From the human T2T-CHM13v2.0 reference genome, Homo sapiens, in the NCBI RefSeq assembly GCF_009914755.1, contig NC_060926.1: 64,000 nt of DNA; one strand, 5' to 3'. This document shows positions 47,462 to 61,259 of the stretch, piece after piece. A program made the translations under genes and the position numbers. Every line of letters begins with the position of its first letter. Position 1 is the first letter of the stretch. Under the pieces are notes generated by a model. The model made no database searches. It was not told the origin of the DNA and saw only the letters and a list, made by a program, of their open reading frames with translations.

Positions 47462-48373
47462 CATATTTCTTTTGAGAAGTTTCTGTTTAAATCTTCGAAC
47501 ATCTTTTAATGGGTGGTCCAGTTTCATTCTGAATTTACAGGTTTACATTTTGAACTATATTCTCCAAGTGCATGCTTATCATTTTATTATTTTAATGATA
47601 TTTCTTGAGGAACAAATGTTTTTTTTTAATTTTAAAGATGTATAAATTATCTTTTTTCATTTTACAGTTTGTTCTCTTTGTATCTTTTAGAAAAAAAAAT
47701 AAGTCATGGATATTTTCTCCCATGCTTTGTAATAGAACTTTCATAGATTTTGCTATTGTATTTAGATCTTTTCTCCATTTTAAGTAAATTTTTGTATATA
47801 AGATAGTGGTCAAATATTATTTTGTTCTTTCTTTCATATAGATAGTCAATTTTTTTCATTATTTGTTGAAAATATATTCCTTTCCCTACAGAATTGTTTT
47901 GGTTCCTTTGTAGAATCATTTGATCAATTATGTATTTGTGAATTTGTGGGCCTGCTATGCTGTTCCATTGGTCCATATCTCATTCTCATATGAAAAATGT
48001 ACTGTCTTGAATACTAGCTTTATAATCTCATGAGACCAGCTGGTATGCATCATCAAGCTTTGATTTTTAATTTTTTTTTTTTTGGCCTATTCTAGGTCAT
48101 TGACATTTATATTTAATTTTAAACATTCGTTTACCAATATTTTGCCAAAACCAAAAATGTGTTATGGTATTTTAAGTGGAATTACAGTAGATTTCAATCA
48201 ATTTTAGGAGAGAACTAATTTGAATTCCTGGTTAAATCAAACTTGGTCATAACATATTATACATTTTAAATGTTGTTGGATTTGATGATACAATATTTAG
48301 AAATATTTTTATGTTTATAGTTACCTTTTCTATGTCTGAAAATGTCAAAAAATAGGTAAATGAAAATAGGCAT

Positions 48374-48503
48374 GCTGGACTTAATACCTAGGTGATGGGT
48401 TGATAGGTGCAGTAAACCATCATGGCACTCCTTTACATATTTAATGAAACTGCACATCCTGCACAGGTACCCTGGAACTTAAAACAAAAAGAAAAAGAAA
48501 AGA
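48374..48503 (+). mobile_element. 130-bp 5'-truncated L1 (L1PA10-13-like)
   Basis: 'cttaatacctaggtgatgggttgataggtgcag...ggaacttaaaa' plus A-rich tail; TSD gaaaataggcat (48362-48373) / gaaaatagacat (48504-48515). Confidence 0.88.
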
Positions 48504-48515
48504 GAAAATAGACAT

Positions 48516-49230
48516 TTTTATACAGACATTTTTTACTAGCTATAGCATTCTGGATTGTCAGGTTTTTTGTTTTTGGTTTCTGTTTTTTTTTTTTTTTTTT
48601 GGCTTGTTTGTTTACTTTGCTGTTTGCTTTTGTCTTTAATTACAGTATTTTAAAGAAACAACCAACATTCTTTTGTTTTGCTTTGTTTCTGATAAGATGT
48701 CTAATAGCATTGTCCTTTTCCCTCTGGGTTTTATTTATTTTTGACTGCTTTTATGACTTTTTTTCCTTATTGGTGATTCCAGCAATTTGATTGTAATAGC
48801 CCTAGATGTGTGTGCTATTTTTTTCTGCTTTGTGTTTATTGAGTTTTCTAGATATATAACATTATACTTTCATCAAATTTAGAAATATTCTAGCTATTAT
48901 TTTTTCAAAAATCTTTGGTTTTTTCTCCCTTATTTTCTAAGTAAGGACTAAATTTACACTTGTATTAGGTTGCCTGATATTGTTATATAGCTCATTAGTG
49001 CTCTATTTATTTTTTTTTCTCAATCCGTTCTTATTACATTCACTTTTGGATAGTTTCTATTTCTGTGTTCAAGTTTACCAGTATTTTCTTCTGCAGTTTC
49101 TAGAATTAATCTTTTCCAGAATAATATGGAAATTTTATTTCTGATATTATGTTTTTTACAACTGTAAGTTAATTTTATGTCTTTTTTATACCTCCAATTT
49201 TCTTCTCTTTTTTATTATACTTTTCTTTTT
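48516..49230 (-). mobile_element. Ancient L1M ORF1-region fragment
   Basis: 'tatagcattctggattgtcagg...cagcaatttgattgtaat...ttcatcaaatttagaaatattctagctattatt'. Confidence 0.65.
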
Positions 49231-49550
49231 GTGATGGGAAATAGCTCATCTTGTGACTAAATGTGTTCATGAACAATTACAAAAAGAAAAGCCCTCAACC
49301 AAGTTAAATATTAAGTGCAAAGATATTTGTAGAAAAAAGTATTTGTAAACTAATAACAGAACACTTCATCTCACTAACTATTGAGGGAATAACATTTAAA
49401 TAATTGGTACAATTTTTTTTCCAAACTGTTTAAGAAAAAAGAAATTTTGAAGTTTGATAAAACTCAGTGTTTGTGGGCATATGGGTGGAAAACACTCCTG
49501 CCATATTTGTGAAAATAAAAATTGACATGTCTTTGGAATAAATTTTATAG

Positions 49551-49957
<407 letters not shown>

Positions 49958-50038
49958 TAAATACAAATGATTAGTGTTTCCAAATACTGACTACATGTAC
50001 ATATACTTTCCTCCAAGTGGTTGGAAAATAGCATATAT

Positions 50039-50095
50039 GAGAGAGAGAGGAGACAGAGAGAGAGCGAGAGAGAGAGGAGAGAAAGAGAGAGAGAA
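50039..50095. repeat. GA-rich microsatellite
   Basis: Direct reading. Confidence 0.85.
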
Positions 50096-52029
50096 ATTTG
50101 ATGAGATACCCTTGTGGTCTGGATCCAGAGTTTTAGGTAGGAAGAAGGTACACTTACAGATTTCATCATGCATCCCTTAGCAATACTGAAATTTTCCTAC
50201 AAGACTTTGTGGGTTTCATATTTTTAAGACATATAGCTAGTATGTAGGAGTTTTTGGTTGTTGTTGTTCCGTTTTTAAATGCAGCACAGTTTTACATTTC
50301 CCTTTTTCTCCATCTGACATTTCAGAACATTCTGGCTGTTTTCCTTTTGTTTCCTTTCCTGTCCTGAGATTTATCTCTTTTTTCTCGCCACAAATTTCAC
50401 CCTATCTTTAAAATTTAGGCTTCATTCTTCAAGGAGGATATTGGACATGAACTTGTCTGAGGGGTAGTGTTTCTCAATAGACTTGATGGCTAAGACTGAT
50501 CCTTGACTTGTGCATGGATGGGAAAGGCTCTTGGATGGGACATGGAATTGGCCAGATCACATAGGATAATATAATATTTGGGTAAAATTTATCTGATAAA
50601 TGTTTACTATATCAGTAGGAAAATTCAGTAAAACATTCATCCTATACTGTTAGTCTATATGCAGGTCATTAGTCGAGTCCAATACCGTATACAAAAAATT
50701 CTGTATGTCTCTTGTACTCTACAATTCTTCTCTCCAGTTTCCTTCTGATAAATGAATTAATGTTTATATTTCAGTGGACAAAACTGGGTTTAATTGATAG
50801 TTCAAGATGTTGGAAGAGTCACTATTCAGATTCAGGGTAATAAAACAATAATAATAAATATCATCTTAGTACAAGTGCCAGCATATTTTGGGGTTTTATG
50901 ATTATTAAAATATTATTAGGATGGATAGGTCATTGTCTTGCCTGAGGATAAGAGCAGCATTTCTAGAACTCACGTACAGCTGTAGTAGTGGTTAATTATG
51001 ACATCACTCTAAAACAATGAAACTAAATAAAGTCATTTTCTCACACTGAGCAATTTAGCTTTTATCTTTACCCATGTTATATTTTGGTGTCTGTTTCTCA
51101 TATGTTTAAGCCTAAACCATAGATATTGATTGATTCTACCAAAATCTGAAGTGTTATTTTTAATCCTTATACCATAGAAATTTTAGAAAGATAGAGGTAT
51201 TTTATGTATGGATTAGTATGCTATAATCTTTACACATTACAAAAATTCTTTTAGTTATTTTTTAAGGTATGGCAAAACTTCATGGTGTGTGTGTGTGTGC
51301 GTGTGTGTGTGTGTATTTGCCCTTTAAAGTAATTTATTATACACTTTTCTAGATACTGAGGCTAAAGAGGTGAAGAAGCTAGATAAATGTTCTATCTTCA
51401 TGGAATTGATACACCAATGTAGGGAGACAGATAATATAAACATGCCTACCTAAACAAGCAAACAAACAGGGCTACTTCACATAGTCATGATTGCGATAAA
51501 AGGGAAGAATGAAAACAAAGTAAGGACTCAAGGGATGCACAGCTGAAAAATTACGTCTTCTTGTAAAGAGGGGGAAGATGGGAGTAGTTGATTGAGCTAG
51601 GTTCTAAATGACGAGAAGGAAGTAGACAAGTGGAGGTTGAGGGTACAATGTATTTCATACGCCTAGCGCACAGGTGTTTATTGAGCCAACTGAAATTTTG
51701 AGCTAGACTGAATGATATAACCAAATAATCAGGTAATATGATATAAACAACATTAATTAACAACTCAATGTCAGAGCTAAAACAAACAATGGGGGAAAAA
51801 AGAACACTTTTAAGAAGACACATCCCAAAACAGGCAAGGTATTTTCTTTTTTTCTGGCAGTGTTTTTTTCTCTAGGTGTGCTGTGAATATAAAGGATCTG
51901 CATATATTGACTGACTTAAGTAAGTCTGTAAGGTGTAGGCATTTATATTTTATTTGTTTGTGGTACAAATAATATATGTAGTGCCTAAGACAGATATTCA
52001 AAGAAAAGTGCCTACTTTTTTCTGACATG

Positions 52030-52230
52030 GAAATTCACATAGACTTCAGAATCAAGAAGAGTTTGTTTAGAATCTTGACTTTGCTTCTCATTGCCTCATG
52101 ACCTTTACCAATAGTTTAACCTAATTCCCCACTTTCTTATTTATTAAATGGGACTATTGACACATTACTCTAGATCTGTTGGATGAAATGCATAAGACAA
52201 GGTATATAAAACACTTATATAAAATAATTA
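52030..52230 (+). mobile_element. MIR SINE fragment
   Basis: 'agacttcagaatcaag...catgaccttt...tttaacct...ttcttatttattaaatggg...tataaaacactt'. Confidence 0.6.
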
Positions 52231-55200
52231 TTGTTTTTGCAGAAGATAATAGAATGTATAATTTGAAAGAGAAATCAATATTCGCTGCTGCTTCTGTAAC
52301 AAATTGCTTTCCAAAAAAGAAAGAAGAAACAGCTTAAATTATTATCTACTGTCAGTGTCAATTTTAAGGCCATCAGATCAAATATACCTTGAGGTCAATA
52401 AAAAATGTTTTAAATCATAATAAAATGCTTTGTAACTGTGATATTTTATAATTAATATATATAATTATATGTGTATATTATAGATTGTTCAAATTAATTC
52501 TTTTTATCATAGGTACATTTCTTATGTTTGTAATTAATCCTTTACTGTTACAATTTTTTATCCTCTACTGTTATATATATTCTACTCTAAAATTGTTATG
52601 CAATATTTAAATACGTAAGAAACTGATAAGATCTTTAGAAAGAACTCACAGAAAGAATTTTCTTCTACTTCCTTGAGCTGTTGTCTTTTTTCTCTTCTTG
52701 GTAGTATCAGGTGAGTGCCTGCAGGAACCAGGCAAATATCAATATTGGCAATCTAGCTGAGCTATCACATTTTTTGTTTTTAATACTAAGGATAAAAGTT
52801 CAAGATGTTTAAGTGCCATAAAAATTCTGTACAAAATTAATATAGGTAAAAATATAATCATTTACTAGTCTTATGAATTACCTACCAGTAGACAAGTTAG
52901 CTACTGTAATGCTCAAATATAAGCCTCTACATCTATAATGAGAGTACTAGTGCATGTTTACTTCTTTGCGTGTTTACTAAAAGGGTTAATAATAATATGT
53001 ATTTTAAAACAACGATTACAATATTGTTACTCACCTGTTGTTATACATCAGATTTTTTGAGACAATGATTACAATATGATTCTTCACCCATTTTTATATA
53101 TTCAATTTTTTTTTTGAAACTTTCAGAAAACAAAACATCGCAGGACAATACAATAAAGTAACAAATGATTTAGCCTTTGCTTTGCCAAGACCAGCAAGAT
53201 CTTCCCTCTATGCACCAAAGCAATAGAATGCATTGCACTGACGGAGAAATTGAATTTGGAGAATAATCTAGGAAAAAGATATCCAATGACATAATGAATT
53301 ATATTGGGGTGGGACACCTCTAGATATAACTGCAAAATCTGATTAAATAATGGTATTCAACTTCCAACTAATACAAATGTTTTTCTCATAAGAATATTTT
53401 TAATTTATTTTAATATTACAACTTCTCTCTAAGTGTTTTGCTTACTTATTTGATAATTATTCATATCTAGCAGCTATAAGCCCAAGAAAATTTTACCTCT
53501 AACTCTGGTTCATTTAATTCATGAAAGTCCTACTATTTTACAGTGAACATCACCTATAATTCCACTGTAAGTACTGTTTTATTATTAGGGTAACATACAC
53601 CCTTAGAAAACACCAAGTTTTAGAATTCCTTCCATGGAAGTAAGAGCTGGGTTTAGGAAAGAGCTTGGAATCACCACAAAGGCAGCAAATATGCTTAAAG
53701 AATCCATGATTTTCCAAATGAACAGTCATTCGATAGCAGCTTCCTTCTCTCAGATGTGGGTAGTCATTAAAAATCCATTAAAAAATCAGCCTACATAGAT
53801 TGTGATTTTCTTTTAGAACAGGAACTCAGTATTCACCAAGAGGAAGCAAATATGAAGGCAAGGTGGGAAAGCTAAGAGAATACATGAATATCCATGTAAC
53901 AAGCATGGATATTCATTTAACTACTAATCATAGGTGGAATAGGATCAATAAACAAAAATCATGGGTTAGGGACTTAGATACACAAGTTTAAATCTCAGCT
54001 CTGTGTAAACTTGAAAAAGTATGTGACGTCTCATTTGTATTTGAACACATATGAGGGTGTGAGGGACTGATTGCCGTCTCTGGCAAATACATGCTCAAAA
54101 ATTCTAAGCAGAGTGACCATGGTGATGATGGCAGCTGTGGTGATGGTAAAGAAAATGAGTTGGAGACTACTGAACCATTAATCTGCTCCCAAACGATTCT
54201 GTTCTCAAAGCTCAAAGTCATGACCAACATGACATATCAGATTTTGATAACAGAATTCCACTTTGACTTGTCAATTCATTTAGCACCACCATGGTATGCA
54301 CCCCTGCCATTCTTGTTCATCTTATACAATGAAGTTCTTTCTATAATATTTTATTGAACTCTCATTTTTATAACTATTTGGTTTTTCTTTTATCGTCCTC
54401 ATACTCTTCCCTCCAATATTTCAAATTTAATTTATGAAATGGTAACATCATATAAAACAAATTCAACTCATATTCTCAATCACATTCAGAATGCCCACTC
54501 CACTCTTGGCACCTCCAACTTACATAAAACTTAGCTTACACTTAAAACTAACTAGAGGGAAATATTTTAACCATGACAATTTTTTAAAGTGGAAGAAAGG
54601 GATAAATATTTAACATTTTTTCTTCATGTAGAAAACTAAAATTCTATAGCAAGTGGCCTGAACCATATATCTAAACATTTAGGATATCTCAACAACACAA
54701 AGTGACTTTGTTACTAGACAAATTATTTAGGGAGCATAAGATGATTGGCCAAGATTTAGGTAGATTATTCTGTGTAATGAAAGAGGGCATCAACTTAGGA
54801 GAAATAAAGGGAGTATCAATATATTGTGCAAAATGTTGAAAGAAACATACATATAGTTGCAGTAGGCAAAGCCTTATAGCATAGAGACATTTGAGATGAT
54901 CTCTAGATTTGGAGGTGGCAGTTTCTCTGGACTTCTGTTCCTCAAAAAACTGTGAATGCTTTGTCACATTTTCTTATAGGTGAGTAGAAATAGGCAAAAT
55001 GTGGTAAGGAAACCTTCCTGGTTAGGAAAAAATGAAAGTCAGATCTGTTTACTACTAACAGAACTAGCTTATCTAAAATCATGGGATGAATAACTTAAAT
55101 GGGAATGCACCATGTAATGCCTAGAAATCTAAGAGAAGTGTTAAGAATTCAAGTGCTAGGAAAAAAAAAACTGAAAGAATACATTATTTCCTATTAGGCA

Positions 55201-55333
55201 AATACTAATCTTGAAAAACATCTGATACCTTTTGAAAATATATTAGACTCATAATTCTGCAGATGACCCTTGGCAAAATAGTTTAATCATTGGATATAAT
55301 TCAGGGTCCCCAGTATATAAAACAATATCTATA

Positions 55334-55671
55334 ATTAATTAATTAATTATGTTTTTATGTATGTATTTTGAGAATAAGTCTCACTCTGTTAGCCAGGCTG
55401 GAGTGCAGTAGCACAATCTCAGCTCACTACAACCTCTGTTCACTACAACCTCCACCTCCCGGGTTCAAATGATTCTCCTACCTCAGCCTCCTGAGTAGCT
55501 GGTACTACAGGCATGCACCACCACACTCGGCTAACTTTTGTATTTGTTTTTAGTAGGGATGGGGTTTCACCATGTTGGTTCAGGCTGATCTTGAATTCCT
55601 GACCTCAAGTGATCTGCCCACCTCAGCCTCCAAAAGGGCTCGATTACAGGCGTAAGCCACCGCACCTGGCC
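55334..55671 (-). mobile_element. Alu (AluSz/Sx-like) with an internal 16-bp duplication
   Basis: tcactacaacctc repeated at 55424 and 55440; TSD caatatctata (55323-55333) / caagatctata (55672-55682). Confidence 0.93.
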
Positions 55672-57534
55672 CAAGATCTATATTTTGTTAACTTATTGTA
55701 CTCAAAGTACAGCATTATCTAAACAAATCAGCTAGAAATGTATTGTAATCTAAATGATAATCAGATCCTACTTACAATGCAGAAAAGTACCCTTTTGTTT
55801 CCTAAGCCATGCACTTAGAGAGGTTAATATGTTGGCACATTTTGGGTAGTTAGCCTGAATGATATTTATACAGAAGGGGTAATTCCCTTAAATGAGCATT
55901 GTACAAAATGATATTACATTTAAAAGGTAATAACAATTTCATGGAAAATTGCTTTCCAAAATACACAGAGAACCAACAATAATATGTTTCAAGTGCACAA
56001 ATTACCTAAGTTGTCTCCAGTAGCATTTTAGATACATTTGAAAAGAGGCATTTGTTTGCTTACAATATTAAATATCCTATTAAATCGCTGACACCTAGTA
56101 GACAAATATTATCATCAGAAGCAATGGTAAAAATTTTAGGAGATTATTTCCAACTGCCATGAGAGAAAAGCAGCAGAAAAACTGCTCATTTTTTTTCCAA
56201 GAAGAAAATTGAAGTTACAAAAATCAAAGTAACCTGACTAAAAAGTATATTACCTGGAAAGTTTGACTTTGGAGTTTCCATTGTTTCTTAGCACCGTTTT
56301 ATTATAGGTATATGGACAAATAGGTTCCTTAGTCTAAAATAGCAAATGAAATCTGTCATATCTGTGGAGGTTCATGCTGATGCTTACCTAGAAAAAAGTT
56401 GTCTTCTGAGAATAAGGTATTCAGAAGCCTGTCCACCCATCCACATATTTAGAATGAGGAGCCCCGGATAAGCAGGAAGAGCTAATGCTTTTCTTGTAGT
56501 GAAGACATAGAGGGTTTCCCCAGGAGGATTTTATCAGTATAGCATGGACTAAGGATAAGCAGTTATACTTCCTCAAGAATTTTCTGAGAGAACTTATCCC
56601 AGGAGAGACAAATGGTTCCTCTTGGAAGTAAAAACCTTAGCTATGGACTGTAATATATTGGTAGGAAAATAAATTGTTACTAAATTTACTTTCAGTAGAT
56701 TTCATTGTCAATGTATATTAAAGCCATAAAATACTATATTTAACTTCAATGTAAAAGTATTTGAAAAGTCACAAAAGAAGTGTATCATTTGGATACAAGA
56801 TACCACTCAGAGAATTTATCTAAGATGGTTAATAGTAGATGTGCATATTTATGCACAAGGATACTCACTGTAGCGTAGTTTATATGAGAAAAATGTTGGA
56901 ACTAACCAAAGTGGTCAACAAATGATGATTTGCTAAATACTTTATCATTAATAATTCTAGTTTAGATACACATTAATAGACACATGAAGTTTTTTCACTA
57001 TATACTAGGTTTAAGGAAGCAGTTCATAAAATATTATTAATGTGACCACTTTTACAAAAATATTCTTTTATATGCATAGAAAAAACTGCAATATTTACAG
57101 CAAAAGTGTTTAAATCTGGATTTTGAGGTTGCAAACAATGACAATTCTACTATCTTCATTATCTATTTTGATTGCAATAAAATATGTATTACTTGCAAAA
57201 ATAAGATAACATTTAATGAAAAAGACGAATCACATCAACTTCTTCAATATTAAATGAAAGTTAATAATATCAGGACAGGAGATACAAGAATGTTCGAAAT
57301 GAAACGCAAAGCAATGTAGGAAAGATACTCACCACATCTAAAAAATGCAAAATACTCATATATTGAATATTTAAATAACTTAAATGAATGGCAGACAGCA
57401 TAATAGAAAATGACAAGAAATTTCAATATGTCTTTTATATGCACACAAAATAAAACCATATATGAATAGCCAAAACACAAAATAAAAGTTGATGAACTCA
57501 TTAGTTTTGCTTGAAATGCAAATTAAAATGACTA

Positions 57535-59380
57535 AAGGGGGTTTCCACTTTCTATAATATCAACATTAAACAAAACTGCCATCAGATAAAAGTTATAAAC
57601 TCTGGAGAAATACATAGATATGAAAAAAGAAATATGAAAACACTAAAAAACAATGAAGAGCAGACATCGCCAGGAGAGTAGCTCACAGGAAAGGGAATAA
57701 CACAGGTGAATTTGTAATTTTTCTTGGTTTTTCATCTGAGGACAGCCAATGCTAAACTGACTCAAACTTAGATACAAACAGGTATTATTACTGACCAAAG
57801 AATCAATGGACAGTTTTAGAGGACAGCACAGATGCTGAAAACTTAAGAAATCTCAGAAAGGACAGACCCAAAGAAGGGAAGCTCCAAATTCTGCATATAA
57901 ACTATACAAATCACTGGCTGATCTCCAAACTCCACATGTGTGGGGCAGAATCCAATAATGAAAAATCTGAATAAAGATTTCAGATGCTCCCCAGAGCAGG
58001 AGAGACAGAGTTTGGAGTTTCGCTGCAGCTGAGTTAAGTGCCCATTAAAGCAAAAAAGTAATACTTTTCAGAGTCATAACAGAATCCAAAATCACTAACA
58101 CATAATTCATAATGTCCATGGTACAATTCAAAACTATTAGACCTACAAAGGTATAAGAAAATGTAGTCATTCTATAAGAGAAAAATAAAACCATAAGAAG
58201 CAGCTTTTAGGTGAGGAAGATGTTTGAATTAGTACATACAGATTTTAAAGCAACAAATACATTCCTGTTCAAAGACTTTTATATACATATATATAAAATA
58301 TACATTATGTATATAATACATAATATATATAATATATATCATATATTATATATGATATATATTATGTATATAATACATATTATATATAATAAATATTTAT
58401 TATATATGATATATATTATGTATATAATACATATTATATATAATAAATATATATTATATTATATATAATAAATATATATTATATTATATATAATATATAT
58501 TTATATATAAATATATTATATATAAATATATATTATATATAAAATATTTATATATTATATATAAATATATATTATATATAAATATTTATATATTATATAT
58601 AAATATTTATATATTATATATAAATATTTATATATTATATATAAAATATATTATATATATTATATATATTATATATTATATATAATATATTTAATATATA
58701 ATATATAAACATATATTATATATAATATATAAACATATATAAATATATTTATATATAATAGATAAAAATATATATAATATATATAACATATATAATACAT
58801 AATATATATAAAATATATATTATATATATAATATATATATATTTGCCAACCAAGAAATCTCAGCAGGGAGGGAAAAACTGTATAAATAAACCAAATGCAA
58901 ATTCTAAAGCTGAAAATTACAGGGGAAAAAAAGGTTAAAAAATAAATAGAGCCTAAGTGATGTGTGAAGCAATATCAAATGGTATAAGGTATGTGTAATG
59001 GGAGACCCACAAGGACAGTAGAGAGAGACTCAAAAGAAAAAAAAATAACTACTAATAAAAAGGTGAAATTCTCTAAATTCATTGAATGACATACATTAAC
59101 AAATTAAAAAATTCCAACAAACCCTAATCAGGAGAAATATAAAAACCAAAACAAACAAACAAAAAGCCATGCCTAACGTCATCATACTTAAATTGCTGGT
59201 AGACAAAAGGAGCAGGAGAAGGAGAAGGGCTTCTGGGATTCCGACAGCAGTCTATTTCTTGACCTGGGTGAAGTTATCTATTTACTTTATGTAAATTCAA
59301 TGAGCTGTGACTTTATTTGGGGGTGTGTGTATTTATGTGTTTATGTATTTTATATTTTATTAAAATGTTAAAATAAAAAA
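57535..59380 (+). mobile_element. Ancient L1ME-like element: 5'UTR/ORF1 joined to a 3' end with no ORF2
   Basis: ORF1-like 'atagagcctaagtgatgtgtgaagcaatatcaaa...aatgggagacccac' and 'catcatacttaaattgct', then L1ME 3' end 'gggcttctggg...ctatttcttgacctgggtg...gagctgt...aataaaaaaa'. Confidence 0.55.
58281..58843. repeat. ~560-bp interrupted (TA)n/AT-rich minisatellite
   Basis: Nearly all A/T; 46-bp block repeated at 58351 and 58405; ~21-bp units 'tattatatataaatatttata' at ~58550-58640. Confidence 0.96.
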
Positions 59381-59625
59381 ACTAGGTTTCTGCTTTATCT
59401 GTAACATTTAAAGAGCTTGGAGGTTGTTGTTCCTATCCTTAAAAAAACAAGAAGCTAGACAAACTGAAAATCAAGATTTTTGTTCGGACCCATAGAGAAT
59501 TACTGCCACTAGAAAACCACTACTTTGAGAAGTGGAGGGCCAAGAGCATCAAGAGAGATGGAGCCAAGTCTATTTACCAGAATTATAAGACACTGAAAGT
59601 CATAAGTGCTACGTGCATTTACTTC

Positions 59626-59626
<1 letters not shown>

Positions 59627-59694
<68 letters not shown>

Positions 59695-59790
59695 TGCATG
59701 AAGTAATATATTTATACGTGTGTGTGTCTGTGTGTGTATATATATATATATGTACAGAGAGAGAGAGAGAGAGAGAGACATAGAGAGAGA
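59627..59790. repeat. Compound microsatellite (TA)n(GA)n...(TG)n(TA)n(GA)n in place of an Alu tail
   Basis: Direct reading; contiguous with 'gagacagggtctc' of the Alu. Confidence 0.93.
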
Positions 59791-60062
59791 CAGGGTCTCC
59801 TCTGTCACCCAGGCTGGAGTGCAGTGGCACCATCATAGCTTCCTGTAACCTCGAGCTCCTAAGCTCAAGTGATCCTCCTGCCTCAGCCTCCTAAATAGTG
59901 GGCACTACAGGCACGTGTCACCCTGCCTGGCTAATTTTTAAAATTTTTTGTAGAGATGGTGTCTCACTGTATTATCCAGGCTTGTCTCAAACTCCTGGCC
60001 TCAAGTGATACTCCGCCTTGGTTTCCAAAAGTATTGGGATTACAGACATGAGACACCATGCC
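59786..60062 (-). mobile_element. AluJ
   Basis: J diagnostics 'agggtctc', 'atcatagct', 'gctcaagtgatcctcctgcc'. Confidence 0.9.
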
Positions 60063-60966
60063 TTCACTAATAATTTTGATGAATTATGGATGGTTGAGAA
60101 CAAATAATAGTGAACATTTTTTTTTAAAATGGCAGCTGAAAATATGTAGCTGGGATGAGTTGTGAGATGGGGTCACACTTCCCTGGGATTTTCTTTCAGG
60201 AACCCTATCTGGGTCCTATGGAGAAAGGGTTAGCCAAAGGCTAATACTAAAACCTTATACCCTACTGAGGTAGGGATTTCTATCTCATTCAAGATGTCCC
60301 CGGCCTTCCTCTTATACCTAAGGTAAAGAAGCAACGGCAACGCATTAAACAAATATACTGAGGTTGCTGCAGCTAGGAAAGTAAGCAGAGGGGAGTTCGT
60401 GAAGGAGGAGATGTGTAGCTAGAAGAGGGACAGAACACTTGTGGAGGCTAAACTCCTGAGATAGATGTAACCCCACTAGAACACTAAGACATAATCAGAA
60501 GATTATGGAATGGACCCTTCCCTCATACCCTACCACTGCACCAAAAGGGACCCAGAAAATTAAGAGTGGATTATAGCTAAAGGTGCCACAAGATACAGAT
60601 TCACTCAGAGGAGAAGTACTTAGGGAAGCCCTAAGTCAAGAGAATTGATGCAAAGAAAAAAAAAGACACTAGAATAATTTGACATCTCTGGTACATACAG
60701 ATAGAGCAAACATTAAACACTGCCCAACTCCTAGCCAACTAATGCAACTGCCCAACTCCTAGCCAACTAATGCAAATTCTCAGAGTCAAGGCCTGTTTAA
60801 CTGAGTTATATTGCGGATAGAACATGTTCAGCTTTCAACAACAACAACAAAATTACAAATTATGAAGAAAATCCAGAACAAAGTCTGAAGAGACAAAGCA
60901 CTCATCAGAAACAGATTTAAATATGATGAAGCCATGGGATTTTAAAAACCTATGACTAAGATTGCT

Positions 60967-61259
<293 letters not shown>

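Larger units (their letters stand above)
45830..48350 (-). mobile_element. Ancient L1MB/ME 3' region, interrupted by MLT1F and an Alu
   Basis: 'cctggcaaccactgat', 'taaatacccagaagtggaatt'; ORF2-like MDQWNSI in ORF 47704..47976. Confidence 0.75.

Noticed and set aside
58281-58843. Repeat-spacer (CRISPR-like) reading of the AT tract or of the short direct repeats
   Set aside because: No constant repeat with unique spacers, no cas genes, and the context is primate DNA.
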